Shown: piece after piece, positions 12,285-23,499 of the stretch
Layout of the letters: each line of letters starts with the position of its first letter
Position numbering within the stretch: position 1 is the stretch's first letter
NCBI GenBank assembly: GCA_024679065.1
Contig: JAGIQG010000016.1
Location: 2,542,001-2,606,000 of the forward strand
Direction of reading: 5' to 3'
From: Sphyrna mokarran
Taxonomy: Eukaryota
Length of the DNA stretch: 64,000 nt
Program-made: the position numbers and the translations under genes
Notes under the pieces: model-generated
What the model was told of the DNA's origin: nothing
The model's database searches: none
The model's input: only the letters and a program-made list of their open reading frames with translations

Positions 12285-13113
12285 TGCACTGTCAGAGGGT
12301 CAGCGCTGAGGGAGTGCCGCACTGTCAGAGGGTCAGTGCTGAGGGAGTGCCGCACTGTCAGAGGGTCAGTGCTGAGGGAGTGCTGCACTGTCAGAGGGTC
12401 AGTGCTGAGGGAGCGCTGCACTGTCAGAGGGTCAGTGCTGAGGGAGTGCCGCACTGTCAGAGGGTCAGTGCTGAGGGAGTGCCGCACTGTCAGAGGGTCA
12501 GTGCTGAGGGAGCGCCGCACTGTCAGAGGGTCAGTGCTGAGGGAGTGCCGCACTGTCAGAGGGCAGTGCTGAGGGAGTGCCGCACTGTCAGAGGGTCAGT
12601 GCTGAGGGAATGCGCCCGCACTGTCAGAGGGTCAGTGCTGAGGGAGTGCCGCACTGCCAGAGGGTCAGTGCTGAGGGAGTGCCGCACTGTCAGAGGGTCA
12701 GTGCTGAGGGAGTGCCGCACTGCCAGAGGGTCAGTGCTGAGGGAGTGCCGCACTGTCAGAGGGTCAGTGCTGAGGGAGTGCCGCACTGCCAGAGGGTCAG
12801 TGCTGAGGGAGTGCCGCACTGTCAGAGGGTCAGTGCTGAGGGAGTGCCGCACTGTCAGAGGGTCAGTGCTGAGGGAGTGCCGCACTGCCAGAGGGTCAGT
12901 GCTGAGGGAGTGCCACACTGCCAGAGGGTCAGTGCTGAGGGAGTGCCGCACTGTCAGAGGGTCAGTGCTGAGGGAGTGCCGCACTGTCAGAGGGTCAGTG
13001 CTGAGAGGGAGTGCCGCACTGTCAGAGGGTCAGTGCTGAGGGAGTGCTGCACTGTCAGAGGGTCAGTGCTGAGGGAGTGCCACACTGTCAGAGGGTCAGT
13101 GCTGAGGGAGCGC
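12285..13113 (+). repeat. 33-bp SINE-derived minisatellite (cactgtcagagggtcagtgctgagggagtgccg)
   Basis: Direct tandem repeat with homogeneous units. Confidence 0.95.
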
Positions 13114-13537
13114 TGATCTTGGTGCTGACAGATCGGTACGTGTGAATTACCTGGCTCAGAACTAAGCTGTCAGCTTCTTGGATGGGATTAGACCCTGCTT
13201 TCCCCTTTATCAGTGTGAATTCCTGGCGGATTCTGTACAGCACAGAGTGTCAGAGGTTCATCCCATGAAGTACGCCTGGAAGATCAGTGACAAAACCTCC
13301 CAGCACAAGGACACATTGGGCAGGTTAATTTGTTTGGGGAATTTCTTCCCCACTGTCTTTCAAATTAAACAGAGGCACCGGGCTGCCCCTGGGTAACAGA
13401 TCCCACGGTCAGTCATTAGAAGAGGTGAGGGTTTGTGTGGAGGGGGGGGGCGGGATTTCTTCCCAGTGTCCTGGGGTCATATTTATCCATCACCGAATAT
13501 TGCTGAATACAAACTGCTGATCTGGATCATTGTCACA

Positions 13538-13830
13538 TTGCTGTGCGTGGGATCTTGCTATGTGAGGGATCTTGCTGTGCGTGGGATCTTGCTATGCATG
13601 GAGATTCTTGCTGTGCGTAGGATCTTGCTGTGCGTGGGATCTTGCTGTGCATGGGGGAATCTTGCTGTGTGTGGGATCTGTGCATGGGGGGTTCTTGCTG
13701 TGTGTGGGATCTTGCTGTGCACGGGGGGAATCTTGCTGTGCGTGGGATCTTGCTGTGCACGGGGGAATCTTGCTGTGCGTGGGATCTTGCTGTGCGTGGG
13801 ATCTTGCTGTGCGTGGGATCTTGCTGTGCG
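13538..13830 (+). repeat. 17-19-bp minisatellite (gggatcttgctgtgcgt) inside a Deu-domain SINE remnant
   Basis: Preceded by ccagtgtcctgg…atatttatcc…cattgtcacattgctg SINE core. Confidence 0.85.
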
Positions 13831-13935
13831 TATATTGACACTCCAGTGTTGGAACATTAGTGAATGTGAAATAGTTTGAGGCGATGCTGAGGGACACTCA
13901 ACCCTCTTGTTCTGTATCTCCCTCCACCTCGGTAG

Positions 13936-14131
13936 TCACCCGCAGCACTCTGCAAAGCAGTATCGACCTGCAGGGAATGTTTCGGGATGTTTTGCTGGAA
14001 AAGCGGACAACGCTGAAGACTCCCACCGCCAGACCCATCCCGCCTCCGGATCAACAGGTCGACAAACAGACCGAATCCCAGCTCACGGTCGCCATCGCCA
14101 TGACAACGCTCCTCGTAGTTTTGCTTGGAAT
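13936..14131 (+). CDS. SPACA6: SPACA6 stalk and transmembrane exon: VTRSTLQSSIDLQGMFRDVLL…QLTVAIAMTTLLVVLLG
   Basis: TAG acceptor and GTGAGT donor; 196 nt, phase 1-2. LQxxFRxVL motif followed by a hydrophobic helix. Confidence 0.88.
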
Positions 14132-14324
14132 GTGAGTAAATCGATTTTCCCCATTGAGTGCCCAGATTCAGACCATTCGGCCCATCTGGATTCCTGCCCC
14201 ACACACCAGCCTTCTCCCTGCCCCCACCTCTCCATCTTCCCCCATCACCATCCCCTTCTATTCCTTTCTCCCTCCTGTGTTTATCCAGCTTCTCCCTTCA
14301 ACACATTCATATCTTCACCTCATC

Positions 14325-14770
14325 GACTCCCCGTGAGGAGTGAGTCCCACATTCTCCCCCACTCCCCGTGGGAGCGAGTCCCACATTCTCCCCCACTCCC
14401 CGTGGGAGCGAGTCCCACATTCTCCCCCATCCCCGTGGGAGCGAGTCCCACATTCTCCCCCACTCCCCGTGGGAGCGAGTCCCACATTCTCCCCCACTCC
14501 CCGTGGGAGCGAGTCCCACATTCTCCCCACTCCCCGTGGGAGCGAGTCCCACATTCTCCCCACTCCCCGTGGGAGCGAGTCCCACATTCTCCCCACTCCC
14601 CGTGGGAGCGAGTCCCACATTCTCCCCCACTCCCCGTGGGAGCGATTCCCACATTCTCCCCCACTCCCCGTGGGAGCGATTCCCACATTCTCCCCCACTC
14701 CCCGTGGGAGCGAGTCCCACATTCTCCCCACTCCCCGTGGGAGCGAGTCCCACATTCTCCCCACTCTCTG
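14325..14770 (-). repeat. Same 33-bp CR1-derived minisatellite, inverted
   Basis: Minus frame reads EIRRRFFTQRVGRMWDSLPRGV repeated. Confidence 0.92.
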
Positions 14771-15271
14771 GGTAAAGAACCTTCTCCTGATTTCCTGGTT
14801 GGATTTATTAATGACTGTCACAGATCGATGGCCCCCTCATTCTGATCTCTCCCCCACACAGGGAGAAACAGCTGTACGCCGACCCTATCGCAATCCTTTC
14901 CCCATTCCAACCTGATGCGCCAAGTAGATGCGCCAAGTTTGGTGGCGTTTAAGAGGTTAGTTGATAAGTATATGGAAGAGAAGGGAATGGTTTAGTTTGG
15001 AGGGGCATTGCTTTTTATATTGGTCGGCGCAACATCGAAGGCCGAAGGGCCTGTTCTGCGCTGTAATGTTCTATGTTCTATTTTTCCCTCAATCGGGTCA
15101 CCCCCTCTCAGCCTTCTCTTTCCCAGAGAAAAGAGCCCCGGCCTGTTCAGCCTCCTGATTCTGACCTCTCAGTCCTGGGATCATGCTGTGTAATATCAGA
15201 ATCTTTGAGACATCCCAAGAATGAGTGAGGAGTTATGCCAATGCAGGTTTTTTTCCGTTCTGTCCCCTCAG

Positions 15272-15305
15272 TGCTATTTATCGATGGTCAACAAGGGAAA
15301 CTTGA
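15272..15305 (+). CDS. SPACA6: SPACA6 last coding exon: IAIYRWSTRET*
   Basis: tctgtcccctCAG acceptor; phase 2 joins in frame. Short tail with an aromatic-RW motif like mammalian FFRWYCSGN*. Confidence 0.82.
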
Positions 15306-15712
15306 GACATGTGCGGGGAGCGTGATGTAAAGAGAGCCCAGACTGTGATGGCCCCCACGGTTGAACAGCTGCAGCAAATCAAAGGGATGAGGATGGACAA
15401 GAAGCCAGGATCTCAGGAGTGTCCTCAGAGTAACGAGAATCATTTATTTTCAATGAAAATGAATTTAATTTTATCTCTTGTAATTCTCACTCCTGTTGTG
15501 TTTCTCTGGTCTACAACATGCCAGGATTTGTAAACACCGACCAGCGGTGTCCTTGCCCCCACCCCAAATACCACCCCCCATATTCGCCCACCTCCACCAT
15601 ACCTACAGCAGCTGATCCCCCCACAACCCAATCTAAATTCCTCCATACAAAGCACCAAGACACAAAAAGTGTATTAGCAAAAAATCACAGCAAGGTCAGT
15701 GTCATCTCCATC

Positions 15713-16366
15713 ACCGTCAGAGGGTCAGTGCTGAGGGAGTGCCGCACTGTCAGAGGGTCAGTGCTGAGGGAGTGCCGCACTGTCAGAGGGTCAGTGCTGA
15801 GGGAGTGCCGCACTGTCAGAGGGTCAGTGCTGAGGGAGTGCCGCACTGTCAGAGGGTCAGTGCTGAGGGAGTGCCGCACTGTCAGAGGGTCAGTGCTGAG
15901 GGAGTGCCGCACTGTCAGAGGGTCAGTGCTGAGGGAGTGCCGCACTGTCAGAGGGTCAGTGCTGAGGGAGTGCCGCACTGTCAGAGGGTCAGTGCTGAGG
16001 GAGTGCCGCACTGTCAGAGGGTCAGTGCTGAGGGAGTGCTGCACTGTAGAGGGTCAGTACAGCGCCGCACTGTCAGAGGGTCGGTGCTGAGGGAGCGCCG
16101 CACTGTCAGAGGGTCGGTGCTGAGGGAGGCCGCACTGTCAGAGGGTCGGTGCTGAGGGAGCGCCGCACTGTCAGAGGGTCAGTGCTGAGGGAGCGCCGCA
16201 CTGTCAGAGGGTCGGTGCTGAGGGAGCGCCGCACTGTCAGAGGGTCAGTGCTGAGGGAGCGCCGCACTGTCAGAGGGTCAGTGCTGAGGGAATGATGCAC
16301 TGTCAGAGGGTCAGTGCTGAGGGAATGATGCACTGTCAGAGGGTCGGCGCTGAGGGAATGATGCAC
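15713..16366 (+). repeat. 33-bp SINE-derived minisatellite
   Basis: Same unit as 12285; followed by SINE core (gtggatgtaaaag…ttctctccagtgtcctg). Confidence 0.95.
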
Positions 16367-17524
16367 TATCCAATGTATCAATTTTAGATTCACTCTCTGT
16401 TGGCCATTTACAGTGGATGTAAAAGGATGCACGGTTTTTATTTCTGGGAAAAGCAGAGAAAGTTCTCTCCAGTGTCCTGAGGCAAATTTTTATCCACCCA
16501 TTAGTACTATGAAAGAAAAGCCAGGAGCTTCCCTCATTACAACTTTCTGTAACCAGATTAACTCAGAGTCATCAAAATCAGTCAGTGACTCCAAGGACTG
16601 CTCCACCTACTGAGCACTGTCTAAAACTACACCGTGACTGTTTACATAAAAATGTTGAATGGGAACCGTTACAATGCTATTACAGGGCACTAAGTTCGCA
16701 AACATATGATTGCAGGTTGGTGGACCAGGAATGCAGTAGATTTAAATAATATTTAGAGATATATATTCGTAAGTTACAGAGCATTGACTATTGAGAAACT
16801 TCACTCTTCTATTGAGCTCACTGTCAAGATTTTAGCGCTGGTATAGATGTTACATCTTCAAACGCTGTGACAGCGGAGAGGCAAAAAACGTCATTCACTG
16901 AAAATAATGGCTGAGGAAGATTGATGGTGGGTTGTGTCAGTGACGATGCTATCACTGTGGAGTGGCGTTCCTGGCTCCTCACGGCAGCCCACTGTTCCTC
17001 CACATGGTTAGTGCTGTTAGGTTAGTCCTCCTTCTGATCGGGCTCCTACTCCGCACACAGTGTCCCCTGTCAACGAGAGATGGATTGACACTGAGTGCAA
17101 AATGTTATACAGTTTCAATTGAAACACCTTCCACACATTCCAGTTTCATGAGATAAGCATGGACAGTAATTTAATTATTTCTATATTTAGCACTTCTAGT
17201 GTCAACGCAAACGTAAACAGTTGCAACTCATTAACTCTTTACTGAACTTTAACACTTCACTGAACATCAACTGTAACTAATCATCAACTTTAACTATTTA
17301 ACTGAAAATAGATACCACTGAGTTTTGGAAAATCTTGGCCAAAAGATATCCTCGCTGTAGAATCTATCTTCTCCTTCTCTGAAGCATCCTTCAGGGTACA
17401 AGTTTTGTTGCAATGGTTGGTCTCTTCAAGTTATTGCTGCCAAACAAATGGCTGCAAGTCTTTTATCCCATAATTCTTCCCTCGCTTCCGGAAGATTCTT
17501 TGTCATCCAGCCAATTATGTAACC

Positions 17525-17935
17525 AAAGAACAGTACAGCCCAGGAAACAGGCCCTTTCAGCCTTCTGAGCCTGCGCCGTTCATTGGTCCAACTAGACTAT
17601 TCGTTTTTATCCCTCCACTCCCAGTCCCCACCACTCTTTGTGTAAAATACGTCCCTCTGATATTTGAGTTAAACCTTGTCCCCCTCATCTTGAGCCTGTA
17701 ACCCCTCGTGATCGCCACCTCCGACCTGGGAAAAAGCTTCCCACTGTTCACCCTATCTATACCCTTCATAATTTTATACACCTCTGTTAGGTCTCGCCTC
17801 ATTCTCCGTCTTTCCAGGGAGAACAACCCCAGTTTACCCAATCTCTCCTCATAGCTAAGACCCTCCATACCAGGCAACATCCTGGTAAACCTTTTCTGTA
17901 CTCTCTCCAAAGCCTCCACGTCCTTCCGGCAGTGA
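17525..17935 (-). mobile_element. CR1 LINE 3' fragment
   Basis: LERVQKRFTRMLPG…LFSLERRR…YFTQRVV. Confidence 0.92.
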
Positions 17936-18050
17936 GAGAAACTCATCACGTGGTTTGAACATCCAGTGAAACTATATTTTTGAACGATACCATTGCTCTT
18001 TGCTCATTTGATATGTACCAGATATAGCAGACATAAAAATCAGAGACACA

Positions 18051-18754
18051 GGGCCCGATTCTCCCATCACCATGTGCTGGATTTTTTTGGTGCGTTGGGT
18101 TGGGAGATGCATTTCAGCCATTTTGCGGGATTTGCGCATGCAATCCCAATGCATCTGGATCTCTCACTGCCCGGGAATCTGGCACCATCGGGAACAGGCA
18201 GGGAGATCATTTTAATCTATTTTTAATGTTATTTAAATGTCATTATTGGGCCCAGGACAGAATTCTCTGAGTCCAATAACATCTCCCACCCCACCAGGAA
18301 TATTTCACTCCGGTGAAACACTCGAGCTTCCCACTTACAGGGAACCAGCAAGAGACTCTGCCGGAGTGAAGAAGGGGGGGCAATAAGGCAGTGGAGGGTA
18401 CCCCTGCGCTTGGGAGTGCCAGCCTGTTGACTTGGTATTGCCCAAGGGGCAAAATTTCCATGCCCAGGGGCACCTTGGCACTGCCCAGCAGGCAATGCCA
18501 ATGCTGTGGTGCCTAGGGAGCAGGGCTGGGGGAGGAAGGGGAGTCTCTGAGGGTAGAGCCTAGGGGATGGGGGAGGGGGTCCTACTGCCATTGTCGGTCA
18601 GGTCAGGAGGGAGGCCAGCGATCAGGGCAGGCTGACGTGGGTGGGAAGGGGTGGTCTACCAGGAGGTATCTGCCTCCCATGAGGTTAGGGATCTGACTCC
18701 CAGGGAGTGGCTGTGCGATCCACTATGTCTTCAGGAATGGGGAAGTGGGGGCCG

Positions 18755-18794
<40 letters not shown>

Positions 18795-19146
18795 TGGGGG
18801 GGGGGGGGGGGGGGGGATGGTGTTGTGAGCTGTGAGCGCTCCAGGACGGGGCTTGGCCCAGGAATGCTTGTGGGGACCCACGTTTGGGACAGAGTGGGAG
18901 CGACAGGGCAGCGCTGCAGGGGTCTCTAGTAAAACAGGAACCTGACCGTTTGGGGCCCCTGCGCGTGTGCAGAGTTCCAGAGCTGTTATCCCCGCCCCCA
19001 CCCTGAGCTTTTACTGATATTCACAACTGTGGCCTGTCCATTGCACAGAGCATGGGAGATTCCAGTGTGAAGTCCCACTGAAAAAGAACAACTGTGAACT
19101 ACACCAGCTTTCCCGCAAATTCGGATTTTTTTAGAAGAATCGCACC
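18051..19146. mobile_element. Non-autonomous DNA transposon (PIF/Harbinger-like MITE)
   Basis: Begins gggcccgattctccc and ends gaagaatcgcacc; both ends homologous to 50767-51574 and 58270-59410. Confidence 0.65.
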
Positions 19147-19804
19147 TCCCCCACACCTCGCCCACACCTCCCCCACAACGTAAACACTTCCCTATCTAGA
19201 GAGCTTCCGATCACAGCTCCCAGACCACAGCATCTTTACTACCTACATCTGGCTTTAATCTTTACACTAACCAGAAAAAAATCGCAGCATGTTTCACTCT
19301 CAGCCAGAATAGCTATTTTAAAGCCACTATTCCCATTATTGTTGTTTAATTATTGTTATAGACATTCTCTCACCACCCAAAACAGTGAGCAGATTCCCGA
19401 TCCACAGCACACAGTCCTGGATTATCAGCTGTCAGGGTAACAAGGTGACTGTGTCTCAGTTACTTCCAGATCAACTCTTCTAAACAATCTTCATCAACAC
19501 AAACTCTCCACAAACGTGAAGTCATATCCCTTACCTGTTCACCCATCACACCCCCCTCCCCCCGCCCCCCCACAGTGTTTACTGACTGGCTCCCAGCCCA
19601 GGAACATAACAATTTTAAAATATCGTCCTTCTTTAAAATTTATTTATGGAATACCATTTATTGTGACGGAATTCAAATCCAAATACAACACAACTGTGTT
19701 TCAGGATTAATAGTCCAGTAATAATACCAGGAGGCCATTGCTTCCTGTCAATTTTTGCCATGGCCCTTGTCATCCCCTCCCTATCTCTGTAACCTCCTCA
19801 AGCC

Positions 19805-21062
19805 CCTCAGCACTGACCCTCTGACAGTGCGGCGCTCCCTCAGCACTGACCCTCTGACAGTGCGGCACTCCCTCAGCACTGACCCTCTGACAGTGCAGCG
19901 CTCCCTCAGCACTGACCCTCTGACAGTGCGGCACTCCCTCAGCACTGACCCTCTGACAGTGCGGCACTCCCTCAGCACTGACCCTCTGACAGTGCGGCAC
20001 TCCCTCAGCACTGACCCTCTGACAGTGCGGCGCTCCCTCAGCACTGACCCTCTGACAGTGCGGCACTCCCTCAGCACTGACCCTCTGACAGTGCGGCACT
20101 CCCTCAGCACTGACCCTCTGACAGTGCGGCGCTCCCTCAGCACTGACCCTCTGACAGTGCGGCGCTCCCTCAGCACTGACCCTCTGACAGTGCGGCGCTC
20201 CCTCAGCACTGACCCTCTGACAGTGCGGCGCTCCCTCAGCACTGACCCTCTGACAGTGCGGCGCCCCCTCAGCACTGACCCTCTGACAGTGCGGCGCCGC
20301 CTCAGCACTGACCCTCTGACAGTGCGGCGCCCCCTCAGCACTGACCCTCTGACAGTGCGGCGCCCCCTCAGCACTGACCCTCTGACAGTGCGGCGCCGCC
20401 TCAGCACTGACCCTCTGACAGTGCGGCGCCGCCTCAGCACTGACCCTCTGACAGTGCGGCGCCGCCTCAGCACTGACCCTCTGACAGTGCGGCGCCCCCT
20501 CAGCACTGACCCTCTGACAGTGCGGCGCCCCCTCAGCACTGACCCTCTGACAGTGCGGCGCCCCCTCAGCACTGACCCTCTGACAGTGCGGCGCCCCCTC
20601 AGCACTGACCCTCTGACAGTGCGGCGCCGCCTCAGCACTGACCCTCTGACAGTGCGGCCCCGCCTCAGCACTGACCCTCTGACAGTGCGGCGCCCTCAGC
20701 ACTGACCCTCTGACAGTGCGGCGCCCCCTCAGCACTGACCCTCTGACAGTGCGGCGCCCCCTCAGCACTGACCCTCTGACAGTGCGGCGCCCCCTCAGCA
20801 CTGACCCTCTGACAGTGCGGCGCCCCCTCAGCACTGACCCTCTGACAGTGCGGCGCCCCCTCAGCACTGACCCTCTGACAGTGCGGCACTCCCTCAGCAC
20901 TGACCCTCTGACAGTGCGGCGCTCCCTCAGCACTGACCTCTACAGTGCGGCACTCCCTCAGCACTGACCTCTGACAGTGCGGCGCCGCCTCAGCACTGAC
21001 CCTCTGACAGTGCGGCGCTCCCTCAGCACTGACCCTCTGACAGTGCGGCACTCCCTCAGCAG
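19805..21062 (-). repeat. 33-bp SINE-derived minisatellite, inverted
   Basis: Reverse complement of the same unit, about 38 copies. Confidence 0.95.
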
Positions 21063-21599
21063 TGCAAGGTGGGGGAGTGTTGGCTGATTTAATTCTGTGG
21101 AGGCCACAATATGTTGGTGAGTTGTCGGTGAGAATGTTGCAGCTGACAGGAAGTGTACTTTCTAAACCTGCAGTGGGTATGTGGTTTCTGACAGTTATTC
21201 ATGGTCTCACTGCTGAGGATGTTGTTTAATGTGTCAGGTTACAGTTTTACCCAGTTGCCGTGTTTCACTTCTGTTCAAGCTTTCGAGTGTGTCTCACGCC
21301 CGTCTGAACTTGCGCAGTAAACCCACGCTCTTCATGGCCAATTCCAGGTGTCAGTCTGTTAACATCAGCTGCTTTCTCTGACATACTTTTTAGATACATT
21401 CTTCAGTCTCCCTGACCTGGTCCAGCATTTACCTTCCCCCCCCCCCCGTCCCTAAATGCCCCCTTGAGAACGGGGTGGGTGAGCCGCCATCTGCAGCCCA
21501 CTGCAGTCTCTGAGGTGTAGGTACACCCACCGTGCTGTTAGGGAGGGAATCCCAGGATTCAGACCCCTCAGCCACACTGAAGGAACGGCCGATGTATTT

Positions 21600-21900
21600 C
21601 CAAGCCGTAGAATCCCTGCAGTGCAGAAGGAGGCCACTCAGCCCATCGTGTCTGCACCGAGCACAACCCCACCCGGGGCCCTATTCCCGTCACCTCTCAC
21701 CTTTACCCTGCCAATCCTCCCGACACTAATTTAGCCTGGCCGATCTACCCAACCCGCACGCTTTTGGACATCGGGGAGGAAACAGGAGCACCCGCAGGAA
21801 ACCCAGGCAGACACGGGGAGAATGTGCAAACTCCACACCAGACAGTGACCTGAGGCTGGAATTGAACCCGGCTCCCTGGCACTGTAACCACTGTTCCACC
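21600..21900 (-). mobile_element. tRNA-derived SINE
   Basis: Reverse complement of the same head and core. Confidence 0.8.
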
Positions 21901-22409
21901 CACGTCAGGATGGTGACTGACTCCATTTCCATCTTGTTGTAGGGGAAATCCAATTGTAGAATCCCTCAAGCAGGTAACTTGACCCATTTTGTTTACTCAT
22001 TCATAGGCGAGGTGCATCACTGGCTGGGTCATCATTTATTGCCCATCCCTAAGTGCCCAAGGGCAGTTGAGAGTCAATCACATTGCTGTGGCTGTGGAGT
22101 CACATGTAGGCCAGACCGGGTAAGATCGGCAGATTTCCTTCCCTAAAGGGAGCCAGATGGGTTTTCCGGACAATCGACACTGGTTTCACAGTCATCGGTA
22201 GATTCTTAATTCTAAATTTCTATTGAGTTCAAATTTCATCGCTTGCTGTGGCGGGATTTGATCCTGGGTCCCCAGATCTTGTCCGGGCTCTCTGGATTGC
22301 TAATCTAGTGACAATACCACCAGGCCCCACTGACTCCCTGACAGACCATCCCACCCACGCCTGATTCCTGTGAACCCACAGTTTTACCCCACTATTCCCC
22401 ATAATATAC

Positions 22410-22715
22410 TATGGGACACTAAGGGGCAATTTAGCACGGCCAATCCACCCTAACTACACATCTTTGGACAGTAAGGGGCAATTTAGCATGGCCAATCCAC
22501 CTAACCTGCACATCTTTGGACAGTAAGGGGCAATTTAGCATGGCCAATCCACCTAACCTGCACATCTTTGGACAGTAAGGGGCAATTTAGCACGGCCAAT
22601 CCACCTAACCTGCACATCTTTGGACAGTAAGGGGCAATTTAGCACAGCCAATCCACCTAACCTGCACACCATGAAGTGCGGGAGGAAACTGGAGCACCCG
22701 GAGGGAACCCATGGC
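22410..22715 (-). mobile_element. SINE fragment with an internal 52-bp tandem repeat (about 5 copies)
   Basis: aaggggcaatttagcatggccaatccacctaacctgcacatctttggacagt repeated. Confidence 0.85.
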
Positions 22716-23499
22716 CACATTTGACTCCAGAACCACAGCAATATGGTTGACCCACAGTTGCAGCTAGGGAGAGCAATAAATGCTGGCCCAGCCAGCGATG
22801 CCTCTCTATGAATGAGTAAACAAGAATTGATGGGCCAAATGGCCTGCTTTGGGGGAATTCTACAATGAGATTTCCCCCACACAAGGTGGGAGAACATCCA
22901 CCCAGTGTGCACACTGTTCAGCCCCTTCCCCCCCCAAGCCTTATATATTCAATAAGATCCCCTTTCATTCCTCTAAACTCCAGTGGATCCCGGCCCCAAC
23001 CTATTTGAACCGTTTCTCATCTGATGCTATCCCTTCATTTCCAGGAATGGGTCGCAAGAACCTTCTCCAATCTGTCTCCAATGTGAGACCAACCCTCCTT
23101 CAGTCACAGGACTAAAACTGTCCACAGATATTCCCAGTGTGGTGTCACCAATGTCCCATCCGGTTATCGTGGAACTTCCTGATTCCGAAACCTTTCCCCC
23201 CCTCCCTTCCTAAATAAATTATTGCAATCCCTTACCCGATTCCCTAATCTCTGATGTGTAGCAATCTCCTGACCAGGTTCCAGAGGCGCTCCCTGGCGCT
23301 GGGCAAGTCGGATAAGCCGGAATCGTCCACTGGGGAGACACAGCATTCCATTGTCATTTCCACAGAAACGCCACACAGATTCCGCATTCCTCTAGCGCCC
23401 GACGCCACCCCGGGGCCACCCACCATCGCCAAGGAGGGGCCCCGTCTTTCCTTTTCTTACCATTGCAATGCAATTAATGCACAGAACAGTTTGGAGATG

